Below are positions 28,425-38,291 of a stretch of DNA of 64,000 bases, piece by piece. Each line of letters begins with the position of its first letter. Position 1 is the stretch's first letter. Location: positions 1 to 64,000 of the forward strand of contig OZ244852.1 in assembly GCA_965220965.1 (NCBI GenBank), given 5' to 3'. The notes under the pieces are model-generated. The model searched no databases. It was not told the DNA's origin and was given only the letters and a program-made list of their open reading frames with translations. The DNA is from Candidatus Marinacidobacterium sp. GTDB taxonomy: Bacteria; Acidobacteriota; Vicinamibacteria; Marinacidobacterales; Marinacidobacteraceae. A program made the translations under genes and the position numbers.

Positions 28425-29843
28425 TCAGCCCGGCGCTTCCGCGGTGGACTCGTCCCCCACCAGGTGGGCGATCGTGTTCGCGTAGTAGTCGAGGAAGGGC
28501 CGCCGGGCTTCGAGGATCCGCAGCTTGCCGTCCCGCGCGGCCACGAACCGCCGCTGGATGAGCAGCCGGATCCCGAGCTCCACCGCCGGCCCCCGGTCGG
28601 CGCCGGGGATGTCGAACGCTCCCCGTCGGGCGCCGAGCCGCTCCAGGATCCTGAGCGCCGCCTCGCGGGCTGCGCCCGGGGAGATGCCCTCCGGCGGTCC
28701 GCGGCGGATGACCGCCGCCATGAGCGGCACCGGCAGGACCGGCATGTTCCCGGCGATCCGGCGCATGAGGTCCTCGGCGAGCGAGCCCGCGCGCGCCAGC
28801 CGGCGCTCCTTGTCGGTCGGGCCGGGCTGGAACCCGTGCTCCTCCAGCCACTCCTTGAGCAGAACCGGATCGCCCACCCGCACCGTCGCGGCGCCGAACG
28901 GACGCCAGCGCCGGCTGAGCCGCAGCCAGACCTGCTGGGCCACCAGCGCGCCGCTCGCGCGCCAGGTCCTGAGCCGCGTCGGGCTCCAGCCCCGGGTCTT
29001 CAGGATCTGGAGATTCGCGTCCTCCGGCACCCGGTCGTAGTTCACCGAGACCGGCACGAACGCGACATCTCGCCCGCCCTCGGCTTCGAGCGCGCGGATG
29101 GCGTAGTCCAGCATCCCGAGCCGTGGTTCGCCGAGGCGCCCGTCCTCGGAGAGCCGCCCCTCGATGAAGAACGCCTGCGCCATCCCGGCGCGGACCGCGG
29201 TCCGGACCTGCCCCGCCAGCACCGCCCGGTAGAGCCGGTTGCCGGACCCCCGACGGACGAAGGATCCCCCCATCGCCCGCACGAAGGGCTCGAGCGGCCA
29301 GTAGCGGGCCCACTCCCCGACGACGCAGGACACGATGACGTGCTCGGAGAGCGAGGTGGCGGCGATCAGGTAGTCGAGGTTGCTGCGGTGGTTCATTACG
29401 AACACCGGCGCGGCTCCTCGCAGCACCTCGCGCAGCGCCGCGTCGTCGCCGTACCGGACGCGGATCCGGAACCAGCGCTCGAGGAACGACTTGATGGGGC
29501 CGCGGACCAGCCGCAGGTAGAGGCCGGCGTTCAGCGCCGGGGAGATCTCGAGCGCGTAGCGGCGCGCCTCGGCGAAGGTCTCCGACTGCGTGCGTCCGCT
29601 CTCCACCGCGGCGCGGAGGACCGCATCGCGGACGCCGGGGTCCGCGACTACCAGATCAGCGGCGGCGGCGCGGCCGAGCCGCTGGAACGCCGGCGGCGGC
29701 GCGGTGAGCTGGGCCTGGCGGAGCACCTCGGCGGTGATCCGGACGCGTCGTCGCCATAGCAGCGGCCGCAGCGCGAGTCCGTAGAGGCATCCGGCGGCGA
29801 GCGCCGCCAGCGCGACGAGCGGGACGGGGACCGGTTCGAGCAT
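28425..29843 (-). CDS. glycerol-3-phosphate/lysophospholipid acyltransferase (PlsB-like)
   Basis: NHRSNLDY (HxxxxD), GGSFVRR, FIEGRLSEDG, FVPVSVNYDRVPED. Confidence 0.85.
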   Translation of the reverse strand: MLEPVPVPLVALAALAAGCLYGLALRPLLWRRRVRITAEVLRQAQLTAPPPAFQRLGRAAAADLVVADPGVRDAVLRAAVESGRTQSETFAEARRYALEISPALNAGLYLRLVRGPIKSFLERWFRIRVRYGDDAALREVLRGAAPVFVMNHRSNLDYLIAATSLSEHVIVSCVVGEWARYWPLEPFVRAMGGSFVRRGSGNRLYRAVLAGQVRTAVRAGMAQAFFIEGRLSEDGRLGEPRLGMLDYAIRALEAEGGRDVAFVPVSVNYDRVPEDANLQILKTRGWSPTRLRTWRASGALVAQQVWLRLSRRWRPFGAATVRVGDPVLLKEWLEEHGFQPGPTDKERRLARAGSLAEDLMRRIAGNMPVLPVPLMAAVIRRGPPEGISPGAAREAALRILERLGARRGAFDIPGADRGPAVELGIRLLIQRRFVAARDGKLRILEARRPFLDYYANTIAHLVGDESTAEAPG

Positions 29844-29893
29844 CGCGCTTTCCGGCCCCGACGCCTCCTCGAACGGATCCGGGTCGTCGGTCC

Positions 29894-31663
29894 CTAACTG
29901 AAATCCGGGATCCGGATCCCCTGGTCGAGTTCCTCGAGGAGCGCGGTCTTCCGGGCGATCAGATCCTCCGCGAGCCGCTCCACCGGAACGACGTCCCCGT
30001 CGCGTTCTCCGCGGAGGCGCACCTCGACGCCCCCCCTCGCCAGCGAGCGCCGGGAGACGACGACCCGCAGCGGGAGACCGATGAGATCGGCATCGGCGAA
30101 CTTCACGCCCGCCCGCTCGTCCCGGTCATCGATGAGGACCTCGAGGCCGGCGTCCTCGAGCGACCGCTTGATGTCCTCGGCGCGGCGCACCGCCTCGTCA
30201 TCCGCGCCCGACTTGCCGCCCAGCGGGATCAGGTGGACATCGAACGGGGCCACGCTCATCGGCCACTTCAGGCCGTCTTCGTCGTGGTGCTCTTCCGCGA
30301 TGCAGGCGAGCAGCCGACCCGAGCCGATCCCGTAGGAGCCCATCCAGATCGGCCGCTCCTCGCCCGACTCGTCGAGGAAGGAGGCGCCCACCGCGTCGCC
30401 GTAGCGCGTCCCCAACTGGAAGATGTTCCCGACCTCGACCCCGCGCGAGGCCCGGAGCGGGACGGGGCCCTGGATGCAGGTCGAGCCCTCTTCCGCCGCC
30501 GCGATGTCGGCGACGATGTCGGGTTGGTAGTCGCGGCCGGCGTTCACGTTGAGGACGTGGAAGCCCTCCTCGTTCGCCCCGGCGACGAGGTTGGGGGAGG
30601 TGGGGACGGCGTCGTCGCAGACGATGGTGACCCCGGTGAGCCCCATCGGGGAGGCGTATCCCGGAACCGCGCCGGCGGCGCGGATCGCCTCCTCTTCCGC
30701 CGGACGAAGCCACGAGGCGCCCACCGCGTTCGCGAGCTTCGTCTCGTTGACCTCCATGTCGCCCCGGATCACCGCGAGCACGAGCGCCTCGCGCGTCCCG
30801 CCGTCGAGCCCGGCGGTCAGGAAGACCGCCTTGGCGGTGCGCGACTCAGGAACGCCGAGGAACGCGCTCAGATCGCGGATCGTCTTCGCGCCGGGTGTAG
30901 CGACCTTCTCGAGGGGCCGCGGCTCTTCCGCCTCGGCCTGAGGCTTGGCGAAGCGGGCGACCTGGCGGTTCGCCGAGTAGCCGCACTCGTCGCAGAGGAC
31001 GAGGGTGTCTTCCCCGATGGGGGTCAGGTACATGAACTCGTGCGCCTGCGAACCGCCCATCATCCCGACGTCGGAGCCCACCGCGATCGTGGGAAGCCCG
31101 CACCGCCAGAAGATGCGGAAGTAAGCCTCGTAGTGGCGGCGGTACTGCTTCGCCAGCCCGTCGGCGTCGCGGTCCAGCGTGTAGGAGTCCTTCATCGTGA
31201 ACTCGCGCACCCGGATCAGCCCGGCGCGCGGACGCGCGTCGTCCCGGAACTTCGTCTGGATGTGGTAGACGAGCTGCGGCAACTGCCGGTGGGAGCGGAT
31301 CTCGGTCCGGCAGAGGTCGGCGACGACCTCCTCGTGGGTCATCGCGAGGACCAGGTCGCTCGACTTCCGGTCCTGGAAGCGGGCCATCTCGGGGCCGACC
31401 GCGTCGTAGCGGCCGGAACGCCGCCAGATCTCGGCGGGGTGGACGACCGGCATCGTCATCTCCTGTCCGCCGATCCGGTTCATCTCCTCCCGGAGGATGT
31501 TCTCGATCTTCGTGATCGCGCGGTGCGCGAGCGGCAGGTAGGAGTAGAGGCCCTGGCCGAGCTGGCGGATGTAGCCGGCGCGGAGCAGGAAGCGGTGGCT
31601 CGCCGCCTCGACCCCCGCCGGGGCCTCGCGCAGCGTGACGCCAAAGGAAGTGGAAAGGCGCAT
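29894..31663 (-). CDS. proS: proline--tRNA ligase (bacterial type with editing insertion)
   Basis: ATG at 31663. SHRFLLRAGYI, MTHEE, KFRDDARPRAGLIRVREFTMKD, EVGNIFQLG, MGSYGIG, GVKFADADLIG. Confidence 0.96.
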   Translation of the reverse strand: MRLSTSFGVTLREAPAGVEAASHRFLLRAGYIRQLGQGLYSYLPLAHRAITKIENILREEMNRIGGQEMTMPVVHPAEIWRRSGRYDAVGPEMARFQDRKSSDLVLAMTHEEVVADLCRTEIRSHRQLPQLVYHIQTKFRDDARPRAGLIRVREFTMKDSYTLDRDADGLAKQYRRHYEAYFRIFWRCGLPTIAVGSDVGMMGGSQAHEFMYLTPIGEDTLVLCDECGYSANRQVARFAKPQAEAEEPRPLEKVATPGAKTIRDLSAFLGVPESRTAKAVFLTAGLDGGTREALVLAVIRGDMEVNETKLANAVGASWLRPAEEEAIRAAGAVPGYASPMGLTGVTIVCDDAVPTSPNLVAGANEEGFHVLNVNAGRDYQPDIVADIAAAEEGSTCIQGPVPLRASRGVEVGNIFQLGTRYGDAVGASFLDESGEERPIWMGSYGIGSGRLLACIAEEHHDEDGLKWPMSVAPFDVHLIPLGGKSGADDEAVRRAEDIKRSLEDAGLEVLIDDRDERAGVKFADADLIGLPLRVVVSRRSLARGGVEVRLRGERDGDVVPVERLAEDLIARKTALLEELDQGIRIPDFS

Positions 31664-31721
31664 CGACGAAACGGCGGGCGAGTGTACCGAGCGGATCGGG
31701 GAGGGTGGTGACCGGCGACGG

Positions 31722-33098
31722 CTAGCGGACGGCGACCGGTTCGGGCGGCGGCGCGGGCAGCTCGACGACCTCGTCGTCGAACCCGGTCGGCTTCGCATCC
31801 CGCAGGAATCGCAGCGCGTCCCCGAGGAGGAAGATGGACCCGGCGACGATCACCTCGCCGTCCGGCCCGGCGACCTCGAAGGCGCGCTCGAGCGCCCGGT
31901 CCACCCCCTCCACCGGCGCCGGACGGGCTCCCTCCCAGCCGAGCTCGGCGACCCCGTTGACGAGGTCCTCGAGGGGCAGCGCGCGGCGGCTCGCCGCCGC
32001 GGTGAGGACCACCCGGTCGCAGTGCGGGAGGAGCGGCGGCAGCATCGCCCCCACCTTCTTGTCCCGGCTCACCCCGAAGACCAGAACCCGCGTTCCGCGG
32101 CGCGGCAGTTCGGCGAGGAAGGCGGCGAGCCCGGCGGCGCCGTTCGGGTTGTGGGCGGCGTCGAACAGCATGGGCGGCCGGTCGCTGCTGCCGGGAAGCC
32201 ACTCGAGGCGTCCCGGCCAGCGGGTGTCGGCGACCCCCTGACGGACCTGCTCGGGAACCGGACCGGGGAGCCCGAGGCGGGCGAAGAGCCGCTCGGCGCC
32301 GCGCACCGCGAGCGCGAGGTTGTCCACCTGGTGGCGGCCGGGAAGCGGCAGCCAGAGCGAGTCGTAGTCCCCCTGCGGCGTCCGGAGCCGGCCCCCCGAG
32401 CCGGTGCGGTGCACCTCGAACTCGGCCGTCGTCTCTTCGGCCACCGAACGGAACCGGGCGCCCCGGGAACGGGCCTCCGCCTCGAGCACGCGGGCGGCCT
32501 CGGGGGTCTGCCGGGCGGCGAGGAGCTCTCCCTCCGGACGGGCGACGCCCGCCTTCTCGGCGGCGATCGCCTCGACCGTGCGTCCCAGATAGCGCTCGTG
32601 GTCGAGCGCGATGCGGGTCACCAGCGAGAGCGGGGCGTCGGTCGCGGTGGTCGCGTCCCAGCGCCCGCCCATCCCCACTTCGAAGACCGCGGCGTCCACC
32701 CCGCGCCGGGCGAACGCGACGAAGGCCGAGGCGGTGATCGTCTCGAAGAAGGACGGCTGGAAGTCGGCGGGCAGCGCCTCGGCGGCGCCGGCGACTTCGC
32801 CCACGAAACCGGCGAACTCGTCCTTCGCCAGCCGGCGCCCGTCCACCGTGATCCGCTCCTCGATGTCGACCAGGTGCGGCGAGGTGAAGCGGCCCACCGA
32901 GAGGCCGTGAGCGCGGAGCACCGAGTCGAGGATCGCGGCGGTCGAACCCTTGCCGTTCGTTCCGGCCACGATGACCGACGGGAACTTCCGTTCGGGATGG
33001 CCGAGTTCGGCGGCCACCCGGCGGATGTTCCGGGTTCCCACCTTGACGTGGAACTGCTCGCGCCCCCGCAGGAAGGCGAGCGCCGACTCGTAGCGCAA
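31722..33098 (-). CDS. folC: folylpolyglutamate synthase/dihydrofolate synthase
   Basis: VAGTNGKGST, FTSPHL, EVGMGGRWDAT, LDH, WPGRLE, DAAHNP, GSIFL. Confidence 0.95.
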   Translation of the reverse strand: MRYESALAFLRGREQFHVKVGTRNIRRVAAELGHPERKFPSVIVAGTNGKGSTAAILDSVLRAHGLSVGRFTSPHLVDIEERITVDGRRLAKDEFAGFVGEVAGAAEALPADFQPSFFETITASAFVAFARRGVDAAVFEVGMGGRWDATTATDAPLSLVTRIALDHERYLGRTVEAIAAEKAGVARPEGELLAARQTPEAARVLEAEARSRGARFRSVAEETTAEFEVHRTGSGGRLRTPQGDYDSLWLPLPGRHQVDNLALAVRGAERLFARLGLPGPVPEQVRQGVADTRWPGRLEWLPGSSDRPPMLFDAAHNPNGAAGLAAFLAELPRRGTRVLVFGVSRDKKVGAMLPPLLPHCDRVVLTAAASRRALPLEDLVNGVAELGWEGARPAPVEGVDRALERAFEVAGPDGEVIVAGSIFLLGDALRFLRDAKPTGFDDEVVELPAPPPEPVAVR

Positions 33099-33132
33099 CG
33101 GCTGGGGTGGAACGCGGGCCGGAGAGGCCGGT

Positions 33133-34062
33133 CTATCGATTCGAGCGGACGAGGACCCGTTCGCCGGCGGTTTCCTTCGCCGGTTCCGCCTTCGCGCTCC
33201 GCGTCGAAGCCTCCTCCGGGTCGTGGAAGAAGCGCAGCATCGCTCCGAGCACGCCGCGGAGGTCGCGTCGGTGGACCACCCGGTCGAGCATCCCGTGGCG
33301 GAGCAGGAATTCGGAGCGCTGGAACCCTTCGGGCAGCTCTCCCCGGATCGTCTGCCGGATCACCCGCGGACCGGCGAAGCCGATCAGGGCGCCCGGCTCG
33401 GCGAGGATGAGATCGCCGAGCATCGCGTAGCTGGCCGTCACCCCCCCGGTGGTCGGGTGGGTGAGCACCGAGAGGAACGGAAGCCCCTCGTCGTCGAGGT
33501 CGGCCAGCGCCGCCGAGATCTTGGCCATCTGCATGAGCGACAGCGCGCCCTCCTGCATCCGGGCGCCGCCCGAGCAGGAAACGATGATCAGCGGGATCCG
33601 TTCGTCGCGCGCCGTCTCGATCGCGCGGGTGATCTGCTCCCCGACCACGACCCCCATGCTGCCGCCGATGAAGGCGTATTCCATGGCGGCGACCACCACC
33701 GGCGTGCGCTCGATCCGGGTGCGCGCCACCAGGATCGCGTCGTCGAGCCCGGTCTTTTCCGCCGCTCGCCGCAGCCGCTCGTAGTAGTCCACCCGGTCCC
33801 GGAACCGGAGCGGGTCATTCGACCGGATCCCCCCGGAGATCTGCTCGAACTCTCCGTCGTCGGCGAGCATCCGGATCCGGTCCCGCGCCGAAATCCCCAT
33901 GTGGTGGTCGCACCGCGGGCAGACATCCAGGTTGGCGCGGAGCGCCCGTCCGTACACGATCTCGGTGCAGCCGTTGCAGCGGATGAACAGCCCGCGCGGG
34001 ACCTGGGGTCCCGGGCGTTCCGCGGAGGACGGGGCCGAAGCGGCGGACGGCGATGACGGCAT
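33133..34062 (-). CDS. accD: acetyl-CoA carboxylase carboxyltransferase beta subunit
   Basis: Zn finger CNGC...CPRC, FIGGSMG, SGGARMQEG, PTTGGVTAS, FAGPRVI. Confidence 0.96.
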   Translation of the reverse strand: MPSSPSAASAPSSAERPGPQVPRGLFIRCNGCTEIVYGRALRANLDVCPRCDHHMGISARDRIRMLADDGEFEQISGGIRSNDPLRFRDRVDYYERLRRAAEKTGLDDAILVARTRIERTPVVVAAMEYAFIGGSMGVVVGEQITRAIETARDERIPLIIVSCSGGARMQEGALSLMQMAKISAALADLDDEGLPFLSVLTHPTTGGVTASYAMLGDLILAEPGALIGFAGPRVIRQTIRGELPEGFQRSEFLLRHGMLDRVVHRRDLRGVLGAMLRFFHDPEEASTRSAKAEPAKETAGERVLVRSNR

Positions 34063-34250
34063 GAAGGTCAGGCATCGTAACAGAGCGCGGGGCTCCCGGA
34101 GCGGGGGCGTTCCTGTCGCCCGCAGCCCGCCGATGGGGGCTACCAGCGGTGGCCTTCGACCTGAGGCGCCCGGACTGGCCGGGCCCCCGGTTTCGCGGCG
34201 TCCCTCGGGCTCTCGGCCATAAGATGGCGCCCCGAGGAGGCCCTGGACCC

Positions 34251-36038
34251 ATGGAAGCCCAGACCCTGAACCAGCTTCTCGCCGCGGCGTGCGCCCGGCA
34301 CGACAAGCCGGATGCGCTGATGCACAAGGCCGACGGCGAGTGGAAGAACGTCTCTTCCGCCGAGTGGCTCGACGCCGCCCGCGACGTGGCGATGGGGCTC
34401 GCTTCCTTCGGCGTGAAGAAGGGAGACCGGGTCGTCCTGCTCTCCGAGAACCGTCTCGAGTGGTTCTTCGTGGAGGCCGGGCTCCAGATCCTCGGCGCGG
34501 TGACCGTGCCGATCTACCCGAGCCTCACCGCCTCCCAGGCGGCCTACATCATCTCGAACTCGGGGGCGCGGGTCGTCGTGGTCTCGACGGAGGAGCAGCA
34601 GGCCAAGATCGCCGAAGTCCGCGGCGACCTGAAGGACGTCGAGGCCGTCTACGCGCTCGACGCTCCGGTTGCGGAGCACGGCGCCGAGTCCTGGTCGGCG
34701 GTGACGGACGCCGGCAAGCGGGCCCGGGAGGCCGATCCGGGCGGGGCGGAGAAGCTCGCGGCGGCGGTCGAGGGCGACGACCTGGCCACGATCATCTACA
34801 CCTCGGGGACGACCGGGGACCCCAAAGGGGTGATGCTCACCCAGTCGAACCTGGTCCAGAACACGCTGGTCTCCAGCCGGATGATCGCGCTCAACGCCGA
34901 CGACCGCGCGATCTCGGTGCTGCCCTACGCGCACGTGTTCGCGCGGATGGTGGCCCAGTATCTGTATCCGCACATCGGGGTCACGATTGCGATCGCCGAG
35001 AGCATGGACAACCTGGTGGCCAACATCGGGGAGGTCCAGCCCACGGTCATGGCCTGCGTGCCGCGCTTCTACGAGAAGATGCGGGACCGGGTCATGGAGT
35101 CGGCGGCCGCCGGCAGCCCGATCAAGCAGAAGATCTTCAACTGGGCCTTCCGGGTGGGCGGCGAGATGGGCCGCCACCGCCAGGAGGGGACCGAGCCCCC
35201 GGGCGGGCTGAAGTTCCGTTACCGGCTGGCCACCAAGCTGGTCTTCAGCAAGCTCCACGCGCGCCTCGGAGGGCGCATGCGGCTGTTCGTTTCCGGGGGG
35301 GCGGCGCTCCCCCGCGACGTGGCCGAGTTCTTCCTCGCCGCCGGCTGGCTGGTGATCGAGGGCTACGGCCTCACCGAAACCTCGCCGGTCATTTCCGTGA
35401 ACCGGCTGGACCGCTTCCGCTTCGGCACCGTGGGTCCGGTCATCGACGGAGTCGAGGTGCGGATCGCCGAGGACGGCGAGATCCTCTGCCGCGGCCACAA
35501 CGTGATGAAGGGCTACTACAACAACGACGCCGCCACCGCCGAGGCGATCCGGGACGGCTGGTTCCACACCGGCGACATCGGGGAGTTCGACGCGGACGGC
35601 TTCCTGCGGATCACCGACCGGAAGAAGGACCTGCTGGTGACCGCCGGCGGCAAGAACGTGGCCCCGCAGCCGATCGAAGGCCGGCTCAAGTCCAGCCCGG
35701 TGATCGCCGAAATCGTCATGGTCGGCGACGCGAAGCCCTACCTCTCCGCGCTGGTGATCCCGGACTTCGAGACCCTGAAGCCCTGGTGCGAGGCGAACGG
35801 CCTGGCGGCCGACAGCCACGAGACGATGACGGGCCACGACCAGGTGCGCGAGCACATGATGGCCGAGATCAATCGGCTCAGCGAGGGGCTCGCCTCGTTC
35901 GAGCAGATCAAGAAGATCGCGGTCGTCGCCGCCGTCTTCTCCATCGAGGGGGGTGAGCTGACGCCAACGCTCAAGGTGAAGCGCCAGGTCATCGCGAAGC
36001 GCTACGCGGACCTGATCGAGTCGCTCTACGCCGCCTGA
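34251..36038 (+). CDS. long-chain fatty acid--CoA ligase
   Basis: ATG at 34251 after GAGGAGG. IIYTSGTTGDPKG, EGYGLTET, GWFHTGD, ITDRKKDL, ELTPTLKVKR. Confidence 0.92.
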   Translation: MEAQTLNQLLAAACARHDKPDALMHKADGEWKNVSSAEWLDAARDVAMGLASFGVKKGDRVVLLSENRLEWFFVEAGLQILGAVTVPIYPSLTASQAAYIISNSGARVVVVSTEEQQAKIAEVRGDLKDVEAVYALDAPVAEHGAESWSAVTDAGKRAREADPGGAEKLAAAVEGDDLATIIYTSGTTGDPKGVMLTQSNLVQNTLVSSRMIALNADDRAISVLPYAHVFARMVAQYLYPHIGVTIAIAESMDNLVANIGEVQPTVMACVPRFYEKMRDRVMESAAAGSPIKQKIFNWAFRVGGEMGRHRQEGTEPPGGLKFRYRLATKLVFSKLHARLGGRMRLFVSGGAALPRDVAEFFLAAGWLVIEGYGLTETSPVISVNRLDRFRFGTVGPVIDGVEVRIAEDGEILCRGHNVMKGYYNNDAATAEAIRDGWFHTGDIGEFDADGFLRITDRKKDLLVTAGGKNVAPQPIEGRLKSSPVIAEIVMVGDAKPYLSALVIPDFETLKPWCEANGLAADSHETMTGHDQVREHMMAEINRLSEGLASFEQIKKIAVVAAVFSIEGGELTPTLKVKRQVIAKRYADLIESLYAA

Positions 36039-36126
36039 GTCGCCGGAAGTCGCCCGGGTCGCATCCCGGAGCCGTTGAGCGGCTCCGGGGGCTGCGGCGC
36101 GCCAAGCTTCCCCGTCGTTCCTCGCC

Positions 36127-37593
36127 ATGACGGACTTCGAGACAGTCATCGGGCTCGAGGTCCACGTGCAGCTCGCCACCCGGACGAAGCTCTTCTGCCC
36201 CTGCCCGAACGAGTTCGGGGCGCTCCCGAACACCCACGTCTGTCCGGTCTGCTACGCCCTCCCCGGCGCGCTGCCGGTTCCGAACCTCCGCGCCGTCGAG
36301 CTCGCGGTCGTCGCCTCGCTCACGCTCGGGTGCGAGGTTCAGCCCGAGTCGGTCTTCGAGCGGAAGAACTACTTCTACCCCGACCTCCCCAAGGGCTACC
36401 AGATCACCCAGTACGAGCGGCCCCTCGCCCGCGCCGGCGCCGTCACGATCCAGGTGGGGGACGGCCCCTCGCGGACGGTGCGCATCCACCGCATCCAGCT
36501 CGAGGAGGACGCGGGGAAGCTGGTCCACGACGGCTTCCGCGGCGACGAACGGGGCAGCGGGGTGGACTTCAACCGCGCCGGCGTCCCGCTCATCGAGATC
36601 GTGAGCGAACCCGACATGCGCTCGGCCGCCGAGGCGGCGGAGTACGCCCGCACCCTGCGGCGGCGGATCGTGGATGCCGGGGTCTCCGACGCCGACATGG
36701 AGAAGGGGAACCTGCGCATGGACGGGAACATCTCGGTGCGGCCCCGCGGTGACGACGCCCTCGGCGTGAAGGTCGAGCTGAAGAACCTGAACTCGTTCCG
36801 CTTTCTGGAGCGCGCGCTCGCCTACGAGGAGACCCGCCAGCGGGAAGTGCTCCGCTCCGGGGGCGAGCTCGTCCAGGAGACCCGGCTCTTCGACGAGAGC
36901 CAGGGCGTCAGCTTCCCGATGCGCAGCAAGGAAGAGGCGGCGGACTATCGCTACTTCCCGGACCCCGATCTGCCCCCGCTGCGACTCCCGCCCGGGATGG
37001 TGGAGGCGGCCCGCGCCGCGCTCCCGGAGTTCGCCGAGGACCGCGCCGCGCGCTTCCGGAGCGAGCTGGGGCTGCCCGCGGCCCAGGCGGAGACGATCGC
37101 CGCCCGCCGCGACCTCGCCGACTACTTCGAGGCGGTGGTTGCGGCCGCGTCGGCCGAGACCGGCGGCGGGGACGTCGCGCCGGTTGCGGCCGCGTTCCTC
37201 ACGACCGACGTCCTGTCCCGGGAGAAACAGGACGGCTCGCTCCGGGCGCCGGCCCGTCTGCTGGGCGCGCTCGTGGGGCGTCTGGCGGACGGACGCCTTC
37301 CCAGGAACGCCGCCCGCGAGGTGTTCGGCGCGCTCGCCGACCGCGGCGAGGAGGCCCCTGGGCTCGACGAGCTGATCGCCGAACTGGGTTTCGGCGACCT
37401 GGCGTCGGAGGATCGGCTCGCCGAGGCCGCCGCGCGCGTCGTCGCCGCGCATCCCGAAGAAGCCGAGGCGTACCGGGGCGGCAAGACGAAGGTCATCGGG
37501 TTCTTCGTGGGTCGGCTCCTTCGCGATCTCGGGGGGAAGGCCGACGCCCGGGCCGCCCGCGCCGCGCTCGAGCGCGCGCTGGGGAACCGCTGA
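36127..37593 (+). CDS. gatB: Asp/Glu-tRNA amidotransferase subunit B
   Basis: IGLEVHVQL, RKNYFYPDLPKGYQITQ, LEEDAGK, DFNRAGVPLIEIVSEPD, ELKNLNSF, YRYFPDPDL. Confidence 0.97.
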   Translation: MTDFETVIGLEVHVQLATRTKLFCPCPNEFGALPNTHVCPVCYALPGALPVPNLRAVELAVVASLTLGCEVQPESVFERKNYFYPDLPKGYQITQYERPLARAGAVTIQVGDGPSRTVRIHRIQLEEDAGKLVHDGFRGDERGSGVDFNRAGVPLIEIVSEPDMRSAAEAAEYARTLRRRIVDAGVSDADMEKGNLRMDGNISVRPRGDDALGVKVELKNLNSFRFLERALAYEETRQREVLRSGGELVQETRLFDESQGVSFPMRSKEEAADYRYFPDPDLPPLRLPPGMVEAARAALPEFAEDRAARFRSELGLPAAQAETIAARRDLADYFEAVVAAASAETGGGDVAPVAAAFLTTDVLSREKQDGSLRAPARLLGALVGRLADGRLPRNAAREVFGALADRGEEAPGLDELIAELGFGDLASEDRLAEAAARVVAAHPEEAEAYRGGKTKVIGFFVGRLLRDLGGKADARAARAALERALGNR

Positions 37594-38291
37594 GCAGGCC
37601 GCCGGGCGGGCCCGCGCTCCTCGTCGCCATCGCCGGCGCGAGCTGCGCCGGCAAGACGCGCTTCGCTGAGAGCCTCGCCCGGAGGCTTCGGCCGAAGCGG
37701 GCGGTCGTGCTGTCGCTCGACGACCACTACCGGGACACCTCGCACCTGTCGCGCTCCGAGCGCGCGGTGGTGAACTACGACGAGCCGGCGGCGTTCCAGT
37801 TGGACGCCTTCGTCGATCGGCTCGCGGCGCTTCGCCGGGGTGAGGCGATTGCCCGGTTCCACTACGACTTCTCGACCGGCGCGGTGCGGACCGAGGGGAC
37901 GCTCGGTCCGGCGGAGGTGGTGATCGCCGAGGGTCTCTTCGCGCTCTGGGACCCGAGGATCGGCGCGGCCGCGGATCTGCGCATCCTCCTCGAGGGGGAC
38001 GCCGAGCGGCTGCTCGAGCGGCGGATCCGGCGCGACGGCGCCGAGCGCGCCTACACCGCAGAGGAGGTCCGGGTTCGCTTCGAGACTGCGGTGCTTCCCT
38101 CGCAGCGGCGCTACCTAGACGGGGCCGCCCGGAGCGCCGATCTGGTGCTTCCGATGGACTGGGACGCGGACTACGTGGCGCTCGCCGCCCGCGCTCTCTC
38201 GAGGCGCGGCCCGGGAAGGGATACTTCCGGCGCCATCGCGCCCCCTCCCGGCGCGGATCTTCCGGCCGGCCCCGGAAAGGAACTTTCGTGA
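37590..38291 (+). CDS. udk: uridine kinase family protein (probable CTG start)
   Basis: In frame and upstream of the track start (37707) lies LLVAIAGASCAGKT (P-loop). Then SLDDHY, NYDEP.AF, EGLF, RRIRRD. CTG at 37590 overlaps the gatB TGA. Confidence 0.78.
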   Translation: MSRPPGGPALLVAIAGASCAGKTRFAESLARRLRPKRAVVLSLDDHYRDTSHLSRSERAVVNYDEPAAFQLDAFVDRLAALRRGEAIARFHYDFSTGAVRTEGTLGPAEVVIAEGLFALWDPRIGAAADLRILLEGDAERLLERRIRRDGAERAYTAEEVRVRFETAVLPSQRRYLDGAARSADLVLPMDWDADYVALAARALSRRGPGRDTSGAIAPPPGADLPAGPGKELS

